Below, piece after piece: positions 50,159 to 61,355 of a DNA stretch of 64,000 bases. Position 1 is the first letter of the stretch. Every line of letters begins with the position of its first letter. The DNA lies in contig OY740790.1 in the NCBI GenBank assembly GCA_963514005.1, forward strand, positions 15,872,001-15,936,000, in the 5' to 3' direction. Under the pieces are notes generated by a model. The model worked only from the letters and a program-made list of their open reading frames with translations. It ran no database searches and was not told the origin of the DNA. The DNA is from Raja brachyura (taxonomy: Eukaryota). The translations under genes and the position numbers were made by a program.

Positions 50159-50818
50159 ATGAGTTCTTAATATTTTAAACTATTTCAAATTTAAAATGAA
50201 GTAACGTGGAGCTTTTGCAAATTTTTTGTAAACATTGATCACAAGCAACAAGCTGCGCTTGATTTCTCTGATAGTTTAATTTCCTTGTTGTTCAGATGCT
50301 TACACTTTTTTTTTTATTTTCTAATTTCTTCCTGACTGAAATTATAAGATTCTATAATTGTTTTCATATGGATAGCAAATCCTTCAGCTCACCAGATTAT
50401 TGTGATTGGAGTATATCACAGGTTTCACCCCTATTTTTCCCCATGTTTGGTTGTCTTTCTTGTCCTTTCGTTTTCAATTGTTCAGTAGGATGATGATGGA
50501 AATGTTGTCCCCTCTACTTTTCCTGGGCACACTGAATGATGTGTAATTATTTTCCAATATGTTCTTGTTTACTTCTTGCATTGGATTACCATTTAAAAAA
50601 TAAAGAAACAAAAGAGAAGTCTAGTAAAACTCAAAAAATTGAAAAGTGGAGTCATTACCAACCAAACTGGGACAGTAGTTAGGATCTTAAATTGTTGAAC
50701 TTAATTTTGGTACCTGTCCCCTGTCTATATTGAAATATTTAAAAATATTTGTTCTACACATAAATGTTGATTTTAGCATGAACGATGATTTTTAATTGGA
50801 ATATATTTTGTATTCTAG

Positions 50819-50946
50819 ACACACTCAACTTTCCTCTGGATCACTAAAGATTATTGCGACCAGACTGTCAGATACTGGAATGTACTTTTGTGTTGCTACA
50901 AATATTGCTGGGAACATTACACAATATATTAGACTGAATGTCCATG
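50819..50946 (+). CDS. HMCN1: HMCN1 exon M (128 nt, phase 2-1)
   Basis: tctag|ACACACT...GTCCATG|gtatgt; HTQLSSGSLKIIATRLSDTGMYFCVATNIAGNITQYIRLNVH. Confidence 0.93.
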
Positions 50947-51534
50947 GTATGTATCCATACTGATGCAGACCAGTAATAACACCAGTTTGTTCTTTCGATG
51001 TTAGAAGTCTGAAACTACGGGATAATTCTCTCAGTGAACTACAAATCATGATTTAAGCCACACCATGAGACAATAGACAATAGGTGCAGGAGTAGGTCAT
51101 TCAGCCCTTCGAGCCAGCACCGCCATTCAATGTGATCATGAGCTTTAATATTTTGTTATTGTTCGCAGAGGAGTGGCATAAATTTATGCTTTTCTATAAA
51201 ACACATGGTTCAATCAGCATTGCATAAGTCGCACACACACACACAGAAACTAAAATCTTGCTCAGACCGTTCTTTATTTGACCTGAGAATCAATTTATTC
51301 AAAATTTTACACGCCCATCTGTTTGTGCCCTGTTATAGTGTTTGGAAGTTTGCACTCCACTCTCATTTCTATAATGAATGAATCGTTTTAAACATCTTGA
51401 AATGAATTTTTGAATTTAATTATAATCTAGATAGATAATTATATCTATTTTATTTGCATTAAGAATGGCTTCTGGGTGCAGAATAGAATTGCACATCCAA
51501 TTTTAAATTTTAGATAAGATAGGGGGTTAATATG

Positions 51535-52720
51535 ATGCCATAGATTGAGGATTGGCTAATGATTCGAGAAAAGAGAATGGGAATAAATAGTTTGAGAGCA
51601 AAGACCAGTGGGCTGCTGTGGATACAGCTGTTCACAATCTATATTAATCATTTGAATAAGGGAATTGAGTGTGATATACTCAAGTTTGCTGATGATACAA
51701 AATTAAATGACAATATGGATTATGAAGAGAATGTAGCGAGACATCATGGTGATTTTTACAAGGATGTTGCCAGGACTAGAGCGACGGTTCTTAACCGTTT
51801 CGGCAATAGTACGTGCATACGTGAACAAAATACTGTATGTGGTATATATCTTTGCTAGATTCCTAAACATGGGCTCAACAAATTGATATGTTATTTGTGT
51901 CCCCTTCATGACCCCTGGCAAAGCCCCAAATGACCGCCATAGGGGGTCATGACCGCCAGAACCACTGGACTAGAGGGTGTGAGCTTTCGGAAGAGGTTGA
52001 GAGGCTGGGTCTCTATTCCATGTAGCGCAGGAGGATGAGGGGAGATCTTATAGAGGTATATAAAATCATGAGAGGAAAAGATCGGGTCGATGCAGAGTCT
52101 TTTGCCCAGAGTAGGGGAATCGAGTTTAAGTGAAATAGGTTTAAGGTGAAGGGGAAAAGATTTAATAGGAATCCGATGGGTAACTTTTTCACACAAAGGG
52201 TGGTGGGTGTATGGAACAAGCTGCCAGAGGAGGTAGTTGAGGTTGGGACTATCTCATTGTTTAAGAAACAGTTAGACAGATACATGGATAGGACAGGTTT
52301 GGAGGGATATGGACCAAGCGCAGGCAAGTGGGACTGGTGTAACTGGGACATTGTTGGCTGGTTTGGGCGAGTTGGGCCGAAGGGCCTGTTTCCACACTGT
52401 TTCACTCTATGACTATATATAGACAGGCTAAGTGAATGGTGGATGGAATTTACAGAGGAAATTGTGAGGCATCCATTTTGATAGAAAAACACCAAAAGAT
52501 GAAGTTTTTTTGCAATGACGAAAGCTTTAAAAGTGTTGGTGTTCAGAAGGACTTTGGGTGGCCTTGTTCACTTGTGAAAGTTAGCATGTAGCTACAGCAA
52601 ATAATTCAAGAGACAAACACTACGTTGACCTTTATTGCAGGAGGATTTGAGTAGGCATATTTTGCTCGAATTATATTGAAGTCCTGGTGAAACCACATCT
52701 GGAATATTGTACTCAATTTA
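51535..52720 (+). mobile_element. Nested CR1 fragments (younger copy ~51753-52415 inside an older one)
   Basis: KFADDTKL in the older part; FFTQRVVGVWNKLP and 3' UTR in the younger part; the older frame resumes at ~52418. Confidence 0.8.
51782..51967. mobile_element. hAT (Charlie-like) MITE
   Basis: 8-bp TSD GACTAGAG (51774-51781, 51968-51975); termini CGACGGTTCT...AGAACCACTG; interrupts a CR1. Confidence 0.75.
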
Positions 52721-55032
52721 ATACATTATCTTGGCTCAATATGTTTCTTTAAGCCTTTTTGAGAGTTTAAAATTTTCTCTGAATTACTTTTGGCACTCAT
52801 AAGTAAATCTGATGCATAATAAGAAAAGTGTGCCCGGTACCAGTGGGTAAAACATCAGACAACAAACATTTATTAACTTGGGAAATACAGTGCTGAATAA
52901 TGCCAAATAACCAGTCTGTCTTTAACTGCACAACTAAGTTAAATTCAAAATTGTCGGAACTCACTCAGGGTCAATCAGCGTCAGCATCACATTCAGTATC
53001 AGCTTCCAGCCTTTCCTAGAAGTAATTATTTTGCTTTCCAGACAACTGGAAGCTAACAATTAGTTAGCATTAGCTAACTTAATCAGCAGAAAGAGTGGCT
53101 CAAGCTACTACAATGAATAGTGGTGCAGACCAATGTGTAACGACCAATTGCACTAAATACTGACCCTATTATGGGTGTACATATAAGCAAAGTTACATTA
53201 TTTGAGGTTTCATTGTTCATGAGAGACACAATTTTGCAATAAACTTAGCACAATCTGTAAATTAAAAGCAAAATTAATTAAAATTTAAAAGCAATAAAAT
53301 TATGAAGCATACAACAAACATGAGACATTTTCAGAAAAGAATAAGATACATATACTGTGACAATCCCACTTCTTTCCACAAACATATTCAACTGTCCTAT
53401 GCTACTTCAAATCATTACGTAACAACCATCCCTGGTTATAATCTGTAGTTGCAAAAAATTCTTACTATTTATTTTCTTCGTGACCAAAACGAACCCTGTA
53501 ATATGTTTTATCTTTTATTTAACAATACCTTCCTCTATTGCAATTGCACTAAAATTGTAAAGTACAGAAATTAGCCTGGATTAATAGAGCCCTCTACCCT
53601 GGCTGGTTATTGGAAAAAGCCTATTCTTAGAGTTTCACCATTTGTCCTACGGTTCTCTAAATTAATCTCTGAAACATTGCAGTGATTGTACCCATAGGGT
53701 AGAAAGGTCATAGCTAGGGTTAAGGAAGGTCAGCCCTTTGAAAATAAATGATTGTCAAGAACAGTGCGTACCATTTAAATTTGTAGCACGCCAGAGATGT
53801 GACTTACATGGTTTAAGATGAACGGTATAAAAATGCCAATAAATACCAGAATTATGATTATAGTCACCCACATCTCATTTTTTTAGAAAAGAAGCTTTAC
53901 TATATTCTACGACAGAATATTTCCTAATGCTTGTCTTCAAGTATTCACCATCCTTTTGTGGTAAGATTGCTAACAGAATTGTTAGAGTATTGTTAACAGA
54001 AATATCAGTTGCAGCTTTAGAGATGTATTTTTGGGACCAGCTTCTAAAGCGATTTGAAATTAAGTTTTGGAGCAAGGATATAAATAGAACATTTTCAAGT
54101 GATGAAATAACATAGAAATAATTGAAAGTAGCTTACTTTTTGCAGAAGTCATTATATAGTACGTACAGGATCTTGAGACCCCATATTTGTTGGATAAGAT
54201 ATATTTTTAAAGTAGTCCAGATGTTCAAATCCTTTTCAGGTTCTGTGGACCAAATTCCGGAGTTTGCAGGCAGCAACAAAGGAACAGTGTTCACATTCAC
54301 TGTGCTGACAGAGAAGTTGTGGTTTCACAAAAGAGGAGTTTAAGAAAAAGAATAGCTTTTAACCATAAGAATCTCCACTGAGATGTGTAGGCTATGCTTT
54401 CTTGTGTGGCGCTTCAGGCACCAATTTGCCTCCAGTTTTGGTTATTAGTGGCGAGTGGCTCTTTGGAGAATTAACACTACTTCAGACTGTTCAATGCAGA
54501 AGCATTTGACAGAGACAAATTGGTGACGCCAATTCTCATGCAAAATATTTTGACAGTAGCATCTCTAAAATAGGCACAATAATAAACTGCAATAATAAAC
54601 CGTGTGTTAATCCAAATAAATTTTGGTGAATTGCATGTACAATGGATGCATGAAAAGCATCCATTACCCTCCAACAAATGAGTTGTCTCATCCCTTCTTA
54701 TGCCTGCACCAGGCTGTTGCTGCTGGCACCAGGAACACATAGACATCTCCTGTAAAGCAGAAGAACCTCTGCATGATGCCTTACAAAGTGTTTGGGTCAT
54801 TTGTCAGTTAGTGGTGTGCAGATATTGTAAGATGTCAGTGTCAAAATTGGAATGGAATAAGATATGAGATGAAATAGAACCAAGGATGCGCGATGTCTGT
54901 AGCCAAATAATGTGTGAGGCTAATGGCATGAATTTGCTGTTTTCACTGACCTTAATCATACTTGTACAGTTGCAACACTGCATGTGACCTTGGAGCTTGA
55001 CATCTGGGGATGGTCCATGGTGATCTCTACTC

Positions 55033-55344
55033 TTTAGATTTTAGACTTTAGAGATGCAACGTGGAAACAGGCCCTCGTCCCACCGAGTCCGAACCGACCA
55101 GCGATAGCCCCGTACACTAGCACTATCCTACACACTAGGGACAATCCACAATGTACAGAAGCCAATTAACTTACAAACCTGTACATCTTTGGAGTGTGAG
55201 AGGAAACTGGAGTGCCCGGAGAAAACCCACACTGTCACAGGCAGAACATACAAACTCCATACAGACAGCACCCGTAGTCAGGATCGAACCCGGGTCTCTG
55301 GTGCTGTAAGACTGAAACTCTAGTGTTGCACCACTGTGCTGCCC
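55033..55344 (-). mobile_element. tRNA-derived SINE (HE1/V-SINE-like), full length
   Basis: Minus strand GGGCAGCACAGTGGTGCAACAC (A box)...GGTTCGATCC (B box), conserved body, (CTAAA)n-type tail. Confidence 0.85.
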
Positions 55345-56384
55345 TAAACACCTTTTAGCTCTGCCTGTAGAATTATATGTTGAAGCCCAGAGAGTTGGCT
55401 AATAGCAAATAGTCACTTTTTTTCCTGTTACTGCAAATATGATGTTTTTTTTGTGTTTATTAGCCATGTATTCCACCATGATGCTCTTACTTTGATTCGA
55501 GTGCCAAAGAATCTGTAAAGGAACAATTCTCTCAAATAACAAATCCCAGTTTAATTAAATTTGTGCACATGTTGGAAGTGCAGTCCAGTCAAGCCAGCAA
55601 TAACAGCCAGTGCCTATTGCCTCACATTATACCCATCACAAAACACAAATAATTACATTTTGTCAGTAACAGTTATTCTAAACAAACCAGGGTCTCAGTC
55701 TAAGAAAAATGTTTTTCAAGGTATACTGTTTATAGTAGCAATGGCTCTAAAAAAAGTGAGCGATCTCAAAGAAGATGTTACCAGGTAAGTAGAGAAATAT
55801 ACCGATGATTTAGTGATGGGGACAAAATGTAATTGTTAGTTTATGCAAAGCTGATGGTGGAGAGTATTTCCACATAGGTAGGTAGAGGCTGGTCTGTGAT
55901 GGTGTTGGTGGGTGGGGAGAGGGTGGAGATTGGTGGTGGTTATTGGTGGATTTGCTTCCGATATGAAGCTAAATGTCTCTTCCTGCGAGGTAATTTTGAG
56001 TTGCATTCATGGTATCAATACATTGACAAAAAGATTGCTAATGACACAATGTTACTGCAACAGTGCAGTCCTGCGTACTTAAAATAAGAACTTCTTTGCA
56101 GAAACCAGCACTTTAAACGATGCTACTTGCTTTTACCTTGAGTGAATTAGGCAAAAATGGTGCAACAGAGTAATGTTGATGAATAATGTTGTTAATGGAA
56201 GTGAACATGGGGAGAATTGGATATCCGTAATTTATATCGCAGGTTCCTGATGTGGGCAATTACCTGCAAGCAAATCAAATAGTACAAACTTAATTTTGTC
56301 TAATATGGTTATGATTAGAACTTGAAGTGAAATGCTGAGAGATGGCGATTCTATCTGAAAATTGTACTGTCTGCTGTTTTTTAG

Positions 56385-56657
56385 TTCCTCCAAGAATTCG
56401 GTCTGGACCCCGTATTATGAAAGTCCAATCTGGTCACAGGATTGACATCCCCTGCAATGCACAGGGTGTGCCACCCCCCACCATAACCTGGTATAAAGGA
56501 GGGAGAAGCATTCACTTTAATAAGGAGCCGTACAGTGTTAATGTAGAAGGAACGCTGACTATTAAGCGGGTCCAACTCAGCGATGATGGACCTTATACGT
56601 GTGTCGCCAAGAATGTGGCTGGTCAACATGAAGTAAATACAACTCTACAGGTTCACG
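56385..56657 (+). CDS. HMCN1: HMCN1 exon N (273 nt, phase 1-1, one whole Ig domain)
   Basis: tttag|TTCCTCCA...GTTCACG|gtacgt; VPPRIRSGPRIMKVQSGHRIDIPCNAQGVPPPTITWYK...DDGPYTCVAKNVAGQHEVNTTLQVH. Confidence 0.95.
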
Positions 56658-56667
56658 GTACGTACTT

Positions 56668-56992
56668 AGAAACATAGAAAAGTAGGTGCAGAAATAGGCC
56701 ATTCGGCCCTTCGAGCCAGCACCGCCATTCAATATGATCATGGCTAATAATCATCTAAAATCAGTACCCAGTTCCTGCTTTTTCCACATATCCCTTGATT
56801 CCTTTAGCCCTAAGAGCTAAATCTAACTCTCTCTTGAAAACATCCAGTGAATTGGCCTCCACTGCCTACTGTGGCAGATAATTCCACAGATTTGCAACTC
56901 TCTGGGTGAAGAGGTTTTTCCTCATCTCAGTCCTAAATGGCCTACCCCTTATTCTTAAACTGTGACCCCTGGTTCTGGACTCCCCCAACATG
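56668..56992 (-). mobile_element. CR1/HER1 3' end inserted about 10 nt downstream of the exon N donor
   Basis: Same 3' UTR and AGAAACATAG tail. Confidence 0.85.
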
Positions 56993-57231
56993 GGTAAAAA
57001 CATTTATGCATCAGAATGGAGAGAGACAATATTGAATGTGAAAGATAATTTAGTAAATATGCCTGGAAGGCTTGATGAATGAGTTGAAGGGAAATGAGGA
57101 TTGAGAAAAAGCTTTTTGGCAGGGCTTAGTTGTTTTTGCTTTGATGCTAAGATTCTGAGGATATACGCAATCAATTGAGGGCAGAGATGGGCATGTGACC
57201 AGAAACATGGTCTAAAGATGGATCAACACTT

Positions 57232-57558
57232 AACACTCAAGGATGCATTCCACAAGCCAGGACCTGCAATCTCCAGCCAATTAATTAGATTGTACAGAGA
57301 GATTAAACGTGTACTCGCACCATAAACTGTCATCTGAAACATGCGTGATGTATAATCTGCGGCGTTTGTGGCTGTACACAAATTCCCCAGTCTCTCTGCC
57401 ATTTGGTAAAGATATTAGTAAACTCCCATTGGATTCTATGCTGACGTTCCTCAATTGCTGGCTAATGAGTTTGCCATTCTGTAAAAGAAGATACAAATCA
57501 TTTGCAGAAAACAGATCCTTTTGCTTTTATTGATTCCGATGAATATGCGCAGCACAGG
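57232..57558 (-). pseudogene. Inverted, frameshifted duplicate of HMCN1 exon K with flanking intron sequence
   Basis: Reverse complement aligns by eye to ~47950-48278. The exon part has 17 substitutions and a 2-nt deletion in 160 nt; AG and GT are retained. ORF 57281..57496(-) reads NGKLISQQLRNVSIESNGSLLISLPNGRETGEFV before the frameshift. Confidence 0.93.
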
Positions 57559-60500
57559 GCCATTATTTGAGATCACATTTCAAGGTTTCAAGGTCAGTTT
57601 ATTGTCACATGTACCAATTAAGGTACAGTGAAATTTGAGTTACCATCCAGCCAAACTAAAAGCAACAAGACACACAACCACATAAAAGTTAACATAAACA
57701 TCCATCAATGGATTCCTTCATTCCTCACTGTGATGGAAGGAAATAAATTTCAATCTCTGCATTGTAATCATTAATGGAGTGAAATTAACGTTTCACTTAA
57801 AAACCATATTTATAAAAAATTCTATAATTTATAGGAGTATGTTTTAATCAGGTACAAAGGAGTGAAGGGGAGCAAGGCAGGATCAGCGAGATCAGAACCA
57901 TTTAGTTCAGGTGTGTGGAGGTGGGAACAAACACCAAGGATGACAGGTTAAAGGACAGGTTTTCACTGAGCAAGGTGAAATCCTTGACTCCCAGCAGCAT
58001 TAGCTAAGGGTGAACTTCAACCCTCACGTTAAGTTCCGCTTCAATGTCCAGGCCTCTACTGCGGAGAAGATATTTGCTCAAGTCATGTTAATTGACCTTT
58101 ATATTGCGCTGAAGTTGACTGCGCATGCCCAATGGCCTGCAGGCATGGAACTCACATTCAGAAAAGACCCAGATCAATTTTCTGTCCTTCGGGGGAATTT
58201 CAATAATTTGTTTTTATATACCTCATAAAACTTTGCGCTATATGATAAAATTCCCAGGCCCCTATGTTTTCAATAAAAATGCCACCAATGCAGTTAAAAA
58301 CAAATGTGGTCCATTTGTGGTAATATTTATGTTGGCATTGCTTTCTGTTTAAAGGGAACCCTGAGTAATATAATTTATTTTAACTTGCTAATCCTATTAA
58401 TGATATAAATGCTGGCTAAACCTATAGAAGCTTCAATCGACTAGAACTAGACCAGCAAACCAGTGGATACCAATAATTCACACAAAAGGAACTCGACACC
58501 TCAGTGGATAGTATTCAACTCACTCACTCATGAATAATGGAACATTTTGCTGTGTATATCTCCAACAGTTTGACAACAATATCTTTATTTTAATGGTATT
58601 GGGAATAGCTCCCCTGTCCTCCCTTGTAGACTCCAACTCCACCCCAACATTTCCTCAGCCCTCACCCCCCCCCCTCCCCCCCCACTACTAAACATATCAT
58701 GGACCTTGTCACCAGTGCCACCACCTTCGTATCATCCCTCAAGCAAACATAATCCTCATCTCACTCACCACCCACTTTCCCCAATCCAATTCCCCAACCT
58801 CTTGTAGTCTTGCATGGTTTCTTGCAAGGCTTTCTCCATTCTCCCACTCTTTTCTGCCCCCAACCACTCACTCAAATCTTTTTCCATGATCTCCAATTTC
58901 CACAATGCCAGGAGATCAGAGCCAAAAATACTTTTGTGCATATTTCTGTAGTCTAGGGCCTCCTACATGCAAAAGATTACAGGCATTGAAGAAATGCTAC
59001 ACTAGAATTTTTACTCTTCAGAACGAGGCTATTTATTTTGGCTGTCAATGTTCTAACATCTAATATGTGGTTATGTAGAAACTTCATGTGAAAACAGATT
59101 CTGGTTACAACCTTTTTCATCTTCAATTTCTGCTCTATAGTTAGCAATTCCCTTCTCACTAATTAGATTTTCTCTATTCACTGGATAATTCAGTGAACCC
59201 ATTGCCCTTGAGATGATTGAATGAATCAGAGTAAAACCAACCCAGGTTATGTCCACTGAGAAAGGGATTAGAGAAGAGAGATCAGATGATGATGGAATGA
59301 TGAACTAAAATGGGCATAGATTTAGATGGTGAAGCACCATCAAGAAAATTTCCAATAAGGAAGCAGGGTGGGGCAAGGATGTTGGTGATGATGGGTTGAA
59401 AATGAAGGGATAAATATCTGAGGATATGAAACTATGTACAATGAAGGAGTGGAGCTGGTGCCCCCAAGTTGAATGCTTTCTGCATGTGAGTTAGCCAGAT
59501 ACAGGAGAACCAGCTTTGGTGCTGGATATTTCAGTGTTGTGGGGCATTGACTCTTGGATCGTGCTGTGGCTGAGACCTGATACAGGTCCACAATCGTCGA
59601 GCTTTCAATGTATTTTGTGGGGCTGGCAGGAAGGAAAGTAAGAAAAAGCTTACTAAGTAAGTTCATTCATGAAAGATAAATTGGTTTTCATGGAGTCATG
59701 CAGAGATACAGTACATAAACAGGCACTTTGGCCCATCCAGTCCATACTGACCATCAACGATCCATTTTACATTAATCCTACATTAATTTATTTTTAATTT
59801 TCCCTACATTCTTTAGATTTTAGATTTCAGTGTGGAAACACTCCCTTTGGCCCACTGAATCTATGCCGGCCAGTGATCACCCCATGCATTAACACTATCC
59901 TACACACTATGGATAATTTACAGAAGGCAATTAACCAACAAACCTGTACTTCTTTGGAGTGTGGGAGGAAACCCACGCAGTCACAGGGAAAACGTATAGG
60001 CAGCACCTGTAGTCAGGTTCGATCCCAGGTCTCTGGCACTGTAATGCAACAACTCTACATTTGTGCCCCCTAAGTATATTATTTTATACTTCCCCCAGAT
60101 ATTACCATTCACCTACACACTAGGGGTGATTTACAGTGCGGAATTAATCTATCAAACCTCCGTCTTTGGATGCTGTCATTGGATGTTTTCACTTGTTGAG
60201 TGCAGTTCTTCCCTATGCAAAATGCAATTGCAATCACAATGCAAAAGTAACTGGAGATGATGTTTTGGTGACATTGAGGTCTTCTCCATTGCATTGCTTA
60301 AGACTTGACTGCTGTTATGGGGCTTATACTAGACTACTGGACACTTTGGATCTGAAATCCTATGTACTGAATCAAGTCGGCTATTTTGGAGATGATTAGC
60401 AGGGAGAAATGAAGCAGGATTATCTTCAGATTCCTGATTATTCTAAATGTTGATGGTGATATTGCAAGACCAGTAAAGACTCAAACGAACGATGGCTAAA

Positions 60501-60588
60501 CCAGTTATGAGTCTTTCATGCTCTGCTTTTAGCCTTATGGACATGATGAATTGAGTGGACTGTTGATATTATTTCCATTGTATTGTAG

Positions 60589-60684
60589 AACCTCCTACTG
60601 TTGAAGACCCAGGACCTCCATATAATACTCCTTTCCAAGAGAGAATGGCAAACCAACGTATTGCATTCCCGTGCCCAGCCAAAG
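60589..60684 (+). CDS. HMCN1: HMCN1 exon O (96 nt, phase 1-1)
   Basis: tgtag|AACCTCCT...GCCAAAG|gtatga; EPPTVEDPGPPYNTPFQERMANQRIAFPCPAK. Confidence 0.93.
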
Positions 60685-61050
60685 GTATGAATGGGAAATG
60701 CATTTATACTACATTTTATAATCCATTGAAGTATGTATATTGCATTCTACGTAAAGATGTTTTTTGTTTAACTGGCATTACAGCATTACCTTCAAACACC
60801 CAGCTTATTATTGGAGGTAGGAAAATAATGGCTAGGTTATTGAAATTTGGTGACGTTATTCTAAAGCTGTAAAGAAATGTTGGCTAGATCACACACAGAC
60901 CACCTGGTCACTGTATGGGAAGCGTGCAGAGGAGATTTATAAATTGATAACAAGAATGTGATTGAATTAAGGATAAAGAGATAGATGTCCCTCTTTTACA
61001 AAAGGAAGCCTGAGAATTTACCTATCAAAGATGTTTAAAATGATATTATG

Positions 61051-61355
61051 TTTTAGTTTTAGTTTTGTGATGCAGCGTGAAAAAAGACCCTTCGGCCCAC
61101 CGAGTCCGTACTGACCAGCGATTCCTGCACATTAACACCATCCTAGAACACAGGGGCCAATTTACATTTATACCATGCCAATGAACCTACAAACCTATAC
61201 ATCTTTGGAGTGTGGGAGGAAGCTGTGGATCTCACAGAAAACCCACGCGGTCACATAGTGAATGTACAAGCTCCGTACAAACTTCGTTGTCGAGATCGAA
61301 CCCGGCTCTCTGGCGCTGTAAACACTGTAATGCAGCAACTTTACCGCTGTGCCAA
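61051..61355 (-). mobile_element. tRNA-derived SINE, same family (others at ~38695-38808/39818-39890, 43140-43300, 59812-60070)
   Basis: B box GGTTCGATCT on minus strand; shared body and tail. Confidence 0.8.

Larger units (their letters stand above)
2551..60684 (+). other. HMCN1: Hemicentin-1 gene, internal portion (15 coding exons, tandem I-set Ig domains); gene extends beyond both window ends
   Basis: Spliced exons give one open frame of 775 codons (EPPPIIQVPNNVT...QERMANQRIAFPCPAK). It is colinear with human HMCN1 as I recall it (EPPPVIQVPNNVT..., ETQDLDAGDYTC, ENQFGKIQ, QLISPFSPR, QERVANQRIEFPCPAK). All introns are GT-AG with matching phases. Roughly human exons 11-25 (numbering from memory). 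Confidence 0.95.

Noticed and set aside
55270-55344. tRNA gene
   Set aside because: A/B boxes are the head of a multi-copy SINE; no convincing cloverleaf.
52720-56340. Short ORFs in AT-rich intron (also 15700-17300 and 61400-62600)
   Set aside because: No recognisable domains or phase-compatible splice pairs, and the HMCN1 frame is complete without them.
57281-57496. Mutually exclusive alternative exon or antisense Ig gene
   Set aside because: Opposite strand to HMCN1, frameshifted, loses the second Ig cysteine, and has no partner exons.
2551-60684. HMCN2, titin or another Ig-repeat gene
   Set aside because: Residue-level motifs and exon sizes fit HMCN1 as I recall it; reciprocal BLAST would confirm.
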